Shown: positions 1-10,012 of the stretch, piece after piece
Position numbering within the stretch: position 1 is the first letter of the stretch
Layout of the letters: every line of letters begins with the position of its first letter
Origin: Zygophlyctis sp. KS116
Taxonomy: Eukaryota > Fungi > Chytridiomycota
Direction of reading: 5' to 3'
DNA: 32,000 nucleotides
Assembly: GCA_054661495.1 (NCBI GenBank)
Contig: BAAFSQ010000021.1
Coordinates: forward strand, 30,001 to 62,000
Made by a program: the position numbers and the translations under genes
The notes under the pieces: generated by a model
The model's input: only the letters and a program-made list of their open reading frames with translations
Told to the model about the DNA's origin: nothing
The model's database searches: none

Positions 1-950
1 AATCACGTAAAACAAGGCTACACAAATATACGCAGTATATCTTTGAACAGTTGGATTTGGAATATGTGGTACAAGTCCAAACAAAAGCCCAAAGACTAAA
101 GAAGCAGAACAATCTACTGATCAGTTTCAAATTAAATTTACAAAGCAGTGTCATAACCAATGGCTCAATTCCAAATTGATGTTGCTGACTTCCTGAAAAC
201 ACCTGAGTCTCACCACGATCTCCTACTCCTAAAAATGGTGGATGACGAATTGTATTCCACATATACCCAGAGCACATGAATGCAGTGAATAAAATTACCA
301 AATTAGCACCCATTTTAGAAAAGTCAAAGATTGATGAGAAATTATAGTAGATTACAGTCAACAAAGCAATCCCAGATGAGAGTGCCGTTAGAGCCGAAAG
401 ATAAAAATTCCAATCAATTGGTTTTGTAATTTTAATAGAAAGTCCAGTTTTCTTATTAATCATTTTAGCCAAACCATGAACTTTTCCATCATCCCTAATA
501 ATAAAATAATCCAATTTACTCTCCAGATAAAGTCAAGACATCAAAATCATTTCCCTTTGCGTGAGGCCCAGAGGTTGGATGGTAAATCATCAAATGAGGA
601 ACATTTTGTAGTTTCATTTGAGCAAAAATCTTTTCAGAACTTTTAGAAAAATCCAAATACGCAACGTAGAAACGTCCATTTTCCAGAGACTTTGCAGCAG
701 AATACGGTAAATATTCCAGTTCCTTTTGTATCAGCTTACAAGGAGCACATTGGAATTGTGGGTTTAGAGCGGTCAAGACAACAAATAGAGAATAACTTCG
801 TGGGCCTTGAGTAAACATTGTAAATGAGTTTTCATCAAGAGCAATTACATTGTTTCCGTTATTAGACAGTTCATTTAATTTAGCAACCTTTTCACTAGCC
901 TGATCTGCAAAACAAAGAGACAAGAGACTCAAAACGACAAAAAATCTCAT
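1..950 (-). CDS. OST3: Oligosaccharyltransferase gamma subunit OST3/OST6 (TUSC3/MAGT1 family); 3' end runs off the window
   Basis: Signal peptide, then thioredoxin-like domain (RSYSLFVVLTAL..QFQCAPC). Removing a 25-nt GT-AG intron (495-519) continues the frame into hydrophobic TM segments down to position 1. Confidence 0.9.
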
Positions 951-1013
951 AATTTTTAGCGCAAATTCCGTGGAAATCTTGTCTGATCAAATCTATCAGA
1001 GTCTATTCATATC

Positions 1014-1897
1014 TTATGATTCATTAGTCTCTTCTTTCAATGAATTCAATCGTTTAAAAATAAACGTTTCTGCATTATACGATAGAATATCTCCAGACTG
1101 AAAATCAAAATACCATCCACACAATGAAAGTAATCCTTGTTCACACCGATCACGAACCCAAGGAAAAGTCATGAGATTTTCAAGAGAATTCACAATTGAA
1201 GCCAACTCACATGCTCTCAACTGAATAGATTTATCCTGATTACCATAATACTTTAAAGTTCTTTCTTTTGGAGCTTTAGCAATACTCATCCAAGGTCCAA
1301 GAAACTCTGAAGAGTCTTCTACTTCATTTTCCCTTGAATAAATTTTAAAAAAAAATACATTAGTTTACCAATTCCTCCACATTGTGTATGTCCCAAAACT
1401 ATTATAAATTCTACTTTCAAGGCTTTTACAGCAAATTCTAATGCTGCAGAGACACCATGAAGATTTGAATCTGGTTGATAAGGAGGAATCAGATTAGCAA
1501 CATTTCGGACTACAAACAAGTCTCCAGGATCACAACCAGTTAATCTATAAAAAAATTATAAAAATAATTTATACAGTGCTGGATCAGCTCTAGAGTCACA
1601 ACATCCCACTACTAAAGTTTTTGGGGATTGTCCATTTCTTAAAGAAGTATCAAAAAGTCCTCCTTTATGAAGATAATTTTCCTGAAATCTCTTGAATCCA
1701 CTAAGAAATTTTCCAAATACTTTAGTTTTAGATTCCAAATGCTCTTCATTTTGTCTAGAAGATAAACTAACTGCTGATCCCATCTTTGTTAAGGATGGGA
1801 AATTTAATAACAAGGAATCATTATTAGACGCATCGAATGATAATGTCCGAGCTTTCTTATCGGTATCTTGTACATCCAAATTGTCCTTGTTTGGCAT
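1014..1897 (-). CDS. Beta-class carbonic anhydrase
   Basis: Zn-binding motifs GCCDSRADP and LGHTQCGG; DPGDLFVVRNVANL; SAALEFAV; GWYFD. Introns 1545-1574 (30 nt) and 1333-1358 (26 nt) join three ORF pieces in frame. Confidence 0.95.
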
Positions 1898-2063
1898 ATC
1901 TCAACTGATAAGAATGACCTAATTCGGAACAGAAATTTCAAATTTTCCGTGGAAACCAACTGCGGATACCAACTGCAAACCACGCAATTTTTTACTGGAT
2001 TTGGAATTAACCAGCCTACACTCTGCTCTTACTCTTCTTGGGCCTTGGGTTTGCTGTCAAAAA

Positions 2064-3592
2064 ATGTCTGATAATCCTTATACTGTTGCGATTATTGGTG
2101 GTGGGCTCGTGGGGTCTTTAGCGGCCGTTCATTTGGCTAAAAGGGGATGGACGATTCACTTGTACGAATTAAGAAAAGGTAAAAAGTAAAAAGTAATAAT
2201 TCTAGATCCAAGAGTTCACAATAAAACTTCTGGTCGGTCCATAAATTTAGCTCTTTCGCTTAGAGGTCTGGAATCTTTGAGAGAAGCAGGTGTGGCTGAT
2301 GGGATTTTACAAATGTTGATTCCAATGAGTGGGAGAATGATTCATACGGTTGATAATCAACTCTCTTCACAACCTTATGGGCTTCATGGGGAATGTATAA
2401 ATTCTGTTGATCGTAAATTTATAAATGAACATTTGTTAAATGCTGCTGAAGCTTTGCCAAATGTACGATTGTTTTTTGAACATTCGTTTGTAAAGGCAAA
2501 TCTTGATCGTAAAACTTTGGTTTTTCAGAAAAAGGATGGGTGTGAAGTTACTGTTCATGCAGATCTGATTATTGGAGCTGACGGTGCATATTCAAAGATG
2601 AGATCAGTTTTGATGAGGAATATAAGAATGGATTTTGCGCAAACTTATATTGATCATGCATATGTTGAATTAAATATACCTTCAACACTTGATGATCAGT
2701 ATGCAATGGATCCAAATCATTTGCATATTTGGCCAAGACATAGTTTTATGATGAGTAAATCATTATAATTAAAAATATAGTTGCTTTGCCAAATAGAGAC
2801 AAGTCTTTCACGGTAACACTCTTTATGCCATGTAAATTATTCCCTTTTTTAATAAATTAGGGGAACAATTTGATTTAATCAAGGAAGAGGCGGATTTAAT
2901 TGCCTTTTTTGAAAACACTTTTCCTGATGCTTTAAGGCTGATAGGGAGGGAAATGTTGATTAAAGAATATTTTAAAAATCCAAAAGGATCTCTTGTTAGT
3001 ATTAAATGCAAGCCTTATCATTACAAAGATCGAATTCTATTAGTCGGAGATGCAGCTCATGCCATGGTTCCATTTTATGGTCAAGGTACTTAATTATTAT
3101 CTGTTTATATTAGGAATGAATTGTGGATTTGAAGATTTAAGTGTTCTTTGTCAAATTTTAGAAAAGCATCTTGGACCAGTTGAAGATTCTCCATCAACAG
3201 AGTTTCTAAGCCTGAAACCTCCAAATCCCGATAAGATGCTTTCTGCACTTGCAGAATATTCTCAAGTCAGGAATCCTGATGTGGAGGCAATGTGTGATCT
3301 AGCTTTGCACAATTATGAAGAGATGCGATCATCTGTTGTGAAGCCATTATATCTGATTCGCAAGAAATTGGAAGGACTATTGAACTTTTTCTTTCCAAGT
3401 CGTGTCATTCCTCTATACACAATGGTGAGTTTTACTCGCTTACCGTATTCTATGGTAGTTAAAAGGTATGAAGCACAAAATCAGGTGTACTCCTCACTTT
3501 ATAAGGGATTTGTAAATTTCGGGCTAGTAACCTTAATTGGCTGTGGATTGTATTGGTCATTAAGTCGCCCAAAATCCCCTTACAGAATTTAA
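2064..3592 (+). CDS. BNA4: Kynurenine 3-monooxygenase
   Basis: [11 protein letters not shown]-binding motif; GRSINLALS; IGADGAYS; LHIWPR; [21 protein letters not shown]; C-terminal TM anchor. Introns 2179-2205, 2755-2780, 2832-2860, 3086-3113. Confidence 0.97.
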
Positions 3593-3614
3593 CAAGATGG
3601 AAAAGAAATAAAAT

Positions 3615-3803
3615 TTATTTTTTTCCACACTTGCATTCCTTTCCTGCCTGAGTGCATTTGCAGTTATCACCGCAATTGCATTTATGAGAGGTTTCAGGCA
3701 GAGGCTTACAAGCGCATGGTTTACCACCAGCTGTACATTTACAATCACCAGGACATGGGCATTCTAAAAAGTTATTTTAATCAATAATCGTACTTGGATC
3801 CAT
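3615..3803 (-). CDS. Metallothionein-like cysteine-rich protein, 52 aa
   Basis: Exon 1 is ATG GAT CCA A (3803-3794), then a 30-nt intron (3764-3793), then exon 2 to TAA at 3615. Product MDPKCPCPGDCKCTAGGKPCACKPLPETSHKCNCGDNCKCTQAGKECKCGKK has 12 Cys in six CxC pairs and no aromatic residues. Absent from the ORF track. Confidence 0.88.
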
Positions 3804-4017
3804 CTGAGCTTATAAAAACTTTTTAGAGGTTCAGGGAGGTCCAGGAGCTTCCTGATCTATGATTGGATCCCTGCAGCGTGTAATGCATGCATACTAATAA
3901 AGTTATTGCATAATAATTGTATGATAATTATGAACTTCTGATCTATTTTTAATGGAGAGGTCTGTATCCCATGCAATCATTCATTTAAACGTAGGTCAGC
4001 GGTGATTACTGAGATTT

Positions 4018-5696
4018 ATGGAATTTAATGAATCATGCTCATTATGGAGCTTTAGGGATCCATTGCATAATCCAATTTCTAGACATCCAAAGCGAATGTC
4101 GTTGAATTTAGCAGATTATGTTCAGAGGCGCCAATTAAGTGGAAGAGGATACGCATCTCGTAATTTAAAATAGTAAACAATTAGTCCGTCAGCGCATTAA
4201 AAAATACACTTCAAACATTTATGATGAATTTCCTTCAAATGCGTCGGCAACTGGTTTAGAAATAGGATATGAATCGCTTCCATTAACGTGTCGATATTCA
4301 AATAGTATGATCAATATTTAATTACGAAAAGATTGTAATGGTGGACAATGTTTAGCTGTAGCTGATGAAGATGGATATCTTGCATTTTATGATACAAAAA
4401 CTTCGATTTGTGATGGTCCGAAAAGTCTTAGAAGGGCTCATGATAATGCTATTTTTGATATAGAATGGACAGGAGATGATCAGAAGATTGTAGGATGATA
4501 AATCTGAATAATATTAGATAACTGCATCTGGCGATCATTCCTCAATAGTCTGGGATGTTGAAACAATGGAATTTGTGGCAATATTTAAGGCACATTCTAG
4601 TAGTGTTAAAGCAGTTACTACACTAGACTCAAATAATCATATTTTTGCTAGCTCTGGAAGAGATGGGTCGATTATGGTGTTTGATACACGGTGTACTGCA
4701 ATCTTGGATGATGCAATCGGACATACAGTTCATAGGCCAGTTAACGTGATTCCAAATGCGCATGTACCGTTAGACGCAATTAAAGGTTTGAAAGGCTCAA
4801 AAAAGAAAATGGATCAGGTAATAAATGTGCTTCGTTATGATTTAGGCAGCACAATCATTTAGTGTTACAAGTGTCAAGTTTTTGGACTCATCCAGGCTAA
4901 TTTCAGCCGGTGCTGCTGATGGTGTGGTTAAGTTATGGGATATAAGATTCAATGGATTTTATTCAAAAAAGAAATTTCCTGTCTCAGCAGATAATTCTAT
5001 TCCGTCTGGAACTTACGCTAGAAAGTATGGAATCACTTCTTTAACTCTATCTCCTGATAAATGTAGTATATTCGCATCTTGCACAGACAATCAGTATTTA
5101 TTATTTACTAAATTATAGCATTTACCAATTCAATGCTGATTATTTAAAAGCACCAATCAATTCATTCAGTGCAAGTTCTTTCAAGTGCGATTCGTTTTTC
5201 ATCCGGACTTCCATTTCTCCAGATGGTCGTTTTTTGTGTAGTGGATCTAGTGATGGAAATTTGCATATTTGGGAAGTTGGTCTACCTTTGCATTCTCCGT
5301 TTCTGATGTCTGGATATGATGGAGAAGTAACCGGAGTTTCATGGTCATCAGGAGACTTTGATCAGGTATTGTGCCATAAAGAGTAATTTGTAGTTGGCTT
5401 CATGCTCTGATGATCGAAAGGTTCGCATCTGGAGATACTCACATGAATCTTCCAATAAGAATCTTCATGAATCTTTGAACTCTTCAAATCCATACATTGT
5501 TAATGAGGCTAAAGAAAGCCCAGAGAGTCTACATCACGCCGAGAGATATTATTCAGACTCTCATAATCAAGAAAATGTCGCTCCCAAAAAAGCAACCAAG
5601 ACTAAATCAAACTCTTCAACGCCATCTTCAATCAAAAAACGAACTCGTAGAATTTCAGACTATTTTAGCCCAAGAAGCGATATTTGTGATATATAA
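4018..5696 (+). CDS. CDT2: WD40 protein Cdt2/DTL, substrate receptor of the CRL4 ubiquitin ligase
   Basis: LAVADEDG; AHDNAIFDIEW; ITASGD; ASSGRDG; ISAGAADG.VKLWDIR; LCSGSSDG; C-terminal PIP-box-like RRISDYF. Introns 4160-4184, 4305-4331, 4490-4517, 4818-4845, 5094-5118, 5366-5393. The start codon is less certain. Confidence 0.88.
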
Positions 5697-5708
5697 AAAT
5701 AAATAATA

Positions 5709-6673
5709 TTAGTTATCTTGTTCCAATTTTTTGACATTGTTTTGCCTATATTTCATAACCAAAAGATCTAAAACTAATCCCGCATATAGTATCCAACCAG
5801 TTTTTACAGAAGATGCAAAGATTTTACCTGCATTAGAAGAATCATTTAGACGAATTTTAGAAAATTGAAAGAAAAGATGCGATGCAGACGCCATCAATCC
5901 TGAATAATATATCCAAGTCTGACTATTATAATATCCTGCTAACCCAAAAAATGTGACTATTCCCACACCAAAAAATGCCAAATAACTTTTCAAATTTTCT
6001 CCAAATCGAATAGCTGTAGACTTTATACCAACCATCAAGTCATCTTTTTTATCTTGTAACGCATAAACGGTATCTATAAATTAGAAAAATTAGAAAATAC
6101 CATAAAAAAGAGTCCAGTTTATACATCCCAAATATAATGGAATAATCACTGCAGGATCTATCCCTCCAGTAACTGCCGAGTATCCCAACAAAGCCCCCCA
6201 GTTAAAAGTAATACCCAAGAATGCCTGAGGCCAAAAAGTGATCCGTTTCATTAATGGATAAGCAGCTACCAATGGAACCGAACAAGCACCAAGAGCAATT
6301 GAAAAAGGATTTAATAGAGACAATATCCCCAATCCCAAAGATAAATTGACACCGAGAAACCCGATTGCCTTGGAATTGCTAATCTCTCCTGCAGCCAATG
6401 GCCTAGATTTTGTACGATCAACCTAAATTGTTAATAAACCTAAAATACTAAGCGATCCAGTCTCTGATCCCATAAATCATTAATAATGCATCCAGCTCCT
6501 CTCATAACTACTGATCCTACCCCAAACAAACCAGTATACCATAGAGTATCCATCAAGGGAATTACTGATGAATATGATGCCATTGCAATAGACCATGCTC
6601 CAGGTAAAAACAGCAAATGCGAACCTGTCGGACTATGCCATCTGATGAGATTAAGATAATGTTTAACGGCCAT
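5709..6673 (-). CDS. COQ2: 4-hydroxybenzoate polyprenyltransferase (UbiA family)
   Basis: MRGAGCIINDLWD..LDRLVDRTKSRPLAAG; YPLMKRITFWPQAFLG.TFNWGALLG; YDTVYALQDKKDD..GIKSTA. Introns 6423-6448 and 6074-6100. Confidence 0.96.
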
Positions 6674-6721
6674 TCCAACTTGCGCTAGACCTAGCGTTTA
6701 ACCCAAAAAAATTCCAAAAAT

Positions 6722-7629
6722 ATGAGATTTCTGTCAAGATCTTTCTCTGCTACGAAATCAGCGATCACTGATATTTTTAATCATCCAGATGCCAAATATA
6801 ATGCATCATCTAGGCGTGTAGGATTTGTGACAAAGAAAATTGGAATGATGAGTTTATGGGATGAATGGGGAGTTTTTACGCCAGTGACAGTCTTACAAGC
6901 AGTAGAAAATCAAGTCATCAAAAGTATTAAGAATGATGATGGGAGATGTGTTGTTGAAATTGGTGTGGATAAACAAGAAAGGGAACATCGACTACGATCT
7001 AGTTTTTTAGGACTATTCAAGAGATATGCAATCCCTGCCAAACGTAGAATTTATGGTTTCCAAGTTTCACCAGACGCAATATTACCTTCAGGACTTCAAT
7101 TAGGAGTACATCATTTTGTTCCTGGACAATATGTTGACATACAATCTACATCAATCGGAAAAGGTTTTCAAGGAGGAATGAAACGTTGGGGATTTAAGGG
7201 TCTACCTGCAAGTCATGGAGTTTCTTTAGCTCATAGATCTATAGGATCTACTGGAAATCGTACTGATCCTGGTAAAGTTTTTAAAGGAAAGAAAATGCCA
7301 GGAAGGATGGGTGGTGATACTATATCAACTCACAATTTAAAAGTAGGATTTTGAAGATTTTTAAAGATTTTTAGATTTTAAAGATTGATACAGTGTATAA
7401 TCTTATATATGTTAAAGGATGTATTCCAGGAGTAGATGAAGCTTATGTTAGGCTAACAGATGCTAAACGTACAACATGGTTTGATAAAACGTTTCCCAAA
7501 GGATCACAAGTTCCTTTTCCAACAAATTTTAAGAAACTTTCAGAATTACCTCGTGAATTGAATATTGATTTAAATCAATTGGAAGGAACAGATCCACTAT
7601 CTCGTCAAAGAAACGAAAGAACTGGTTAA
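6722..7629 (+). CDS. MRPL3: Mitochondrial ribosomal protein uL3m
   Basis: Presequence-like N-terminus; GKGFQGGMKRWGFKGLPASHGVSLAHRSIGS; PGKVFKGKKMPGRMG. Intron 7343-7374 (32 nt). Human symbol given; the yeast name is MRPL9. Confidence 0.96.
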
Positions 7630-7677
7630 TTGTGGCGTTTAAGATAAAAATAGAGCATTTCCATAAATAGTCTGAAA

Positions 7678-8599
7678 ATGTTTTCAAAGCCTGAGTTGGT
7701 AAAGGAAATAGAGAGAAAGGCTCCAACATCAATGCATGAAATAGAAGAAGTCATGAATAGCATGGACAATCTATATAAATCAAACTTTAAAGAATGGATC
7801 AGAGATGAATCAAACTTGAGTTATATTTGTACCATAAAGAGGCCTGTATTTATGAAGGAATTTAGATCAGATCGGAAATTGGGAATTCAAGTCATCCGTT
7901 GGATAACTGAAAGTTGGTCGGTATCTTCAATTATGGAGTTTATGATGAAAATGTTTGCGACAATGAATATTGATAGCATGGAATTCTCTGATATCATCTC
8001 AGAGTTAACTAGTGATTGGCCTATGGATAGGAAAAATGGTATTATTATTTTATTAAATTGTAGATTTGATTAAACTCTTGCTTGTAGGGGAGTCTGTAAC
8101 TACATGTGCAAGATTTATCTACTATTGCTTTCAACAGAGTCCTAGAACTGATCAGACACAATCATTGGTATTTCTGGCAAATTCACTTGGTTGGGATTCA
8201 TCATTTTTGAGGCTGTTTCTATTAGATCTATCAATGATGATTAATGCTAATGGTGTTGAACATAAAGCATTGATTGTCTTGATTCATCAGTCTATGGATG
8301 AAGTGGATTTGCAATATAAAGATGTAGATTTCAAAGATTTGAAAGAATTTCAAGACAAATCTGTTAAAAGTGGAGTAGCTGCTCCTCCTTCATCACCCGA
8401 GGGGACTCCACCAATTATAAATGGCTGGGAGTCTAGTTTAAAAAAGGAAGAAGATAGGCTTATTAGGAAATTAGTCTCAATTCAAGAATTCAAGGTCTTT
8501 CTAGCATTATTTGAAGTGATTATGGATATTCATGAGAAAGAGGAGCTTGAATTAGACCAAGAGCTGAATGAGAAATTATTGTACGAATTGGAATTATAG
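7678..8599 (+). CDS. Hypothetical protein, about 298 aa, predicted helical with an acidic C-terminus
   Basis: Two long ORFs joined in frame by a 25-nt GT-AG intron (8039-8063). No family recognised. Confidence 0.7.
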
Positions 8600-8623
8600 T
8601 TTTTTATTAATTTTTTAAAAAAA

Positions 8624-9861
8624 TCAAATCAAATCTGTAACATTCATTGGCATTTCATCAATCTGAGTAGAATAGTACTGTTCAATATCACGCAGAATCT
8701 TTATATCATCATTTTTAACAAAGTTGATTGCCACTCCTTTTCTTCCAAAACGTCCTGATCTACCAATTCTAAAATTTAGAAAAAGACAAAGTACCTATGA
8801 ATATAATTTTCACGATTAGAAGGCAAATCATAGTTTATAACCAATGAAACTTGTTGAACATCAATTCCTCTAGCCCAAACGTCTGTAGTGATCAGTACTC
8901 TACTAGCCCCTTGTCTAAACTCTTGCATAATAGCATCTCTTTCCTTTTGAGGCATTTCACCATGCATTGATGAAACTGTAAAATTAGCTTCTCTCATTTT
9001 TTCCGTTAACCAATTCACTTTTTGTCGAGTATTACAAAATATTACTGCTTGAGTAATAGTTAGAGTATCATATAAATCGCATAAAGTATCAAATTTCCAT
9101 TCTTCTTTTTCAACTGCAACAAAGAATTGTTTAATTCCTTCCAATGTCAATTCATCTCTCTTGACTAAAACTCTAATAGGATCTGTCATAAATTTACTAG
9201 TAATTTCCAATACATCTTGTGGTAGAGTAGCACTTAGTAATACAACTTGTGTAGAAGGAGGAAGATAGCGATAAACATCATAAATTTGTTCCTTGAATCC
9301 TTTAGAAAGCATTTCATCTGCTTCATCTAAAATCAACATTTTCAAATGTCTAGTTCTTAGATGCCTTCTCTTAATCATATCAAACACTCTTCCTGGCGTA
9401 CCACTAACAATATGTTGTCCATAATCCAATTTTTTAATATCTTCCCCCATCGAAGTACCTCCGATACAAGAATGACATTGTACATTCATGTAATCTCCTA
9501 GAGCCAGAACCACCGATTGAATTTGAGTCGCTAATTCTCTTGTCGGCGAAAGAATTAAAACTTGAGTTTCTCTAATTGAAGTATCAATTGACTGTAGTGC
9601 AGAAATAGAAAAAGTAGCAGTTTTCCCAGTTCCTGATTGTGCCTGTGCAATCACATCTCTTCCCTTGATTATGGGCATGATGGCTCTCTGTTGAATAGCC
9701 GAAGGTTTTTCAAAATCTAAAATTCAAAAAAAAATAAATTTACTGTAAGCATAAATCCCTCTCAACAAGTCTTCTTTTAGTCCCATTGAATCAAATGTTG
9801 GGGCTATTAATATTTCATTTGACGTTTCAAAAACCAGATTATCATCATTGATCGCAGCCAT
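8624..9861 (-). CDS. FAL1: DEAD-box helicase eIF4A-III (exon junction complex core; Fal1)
   Basis: AQSGTGKT; SPTRELA; DEAD; SAT; [22 protein letters not shown] (the eIF4A-III rather than eIF4A-I signature); [13 protein letters not shown]. Introns 9717-9743 and 8769-8794. Confidence 0.97.
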
Positions 9862-10012
9862 TTTCCAAGAGTTTTAAAGTTTTGAATTCTCTTTTTGTTG
9901 ATTTTCTTGTTGATTTTATTCATTTTTAATAGTATATAATTTCCTTTTAATAATTGGTTTTATCACTAAAAAAATTTTGTTTCATGTCTAGGGCGATGGC
10001 TCAGGTCAAGCA

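Noticed and set aside
982-1000. Small inverted repeat TCTGAT-N7-ATCAGA downstream of carbonic anhydrase
   Set aside because: A 6-bp stem is expected by chance, and bacterial-type terminators are not relevant here.
3804-4017. Metal-response elements upstream of the metallothionein
   Set aside because: No convincing TGCRCNC (MTF-1) or Ace1-type consensus found by eye, only bare GCTG cores.
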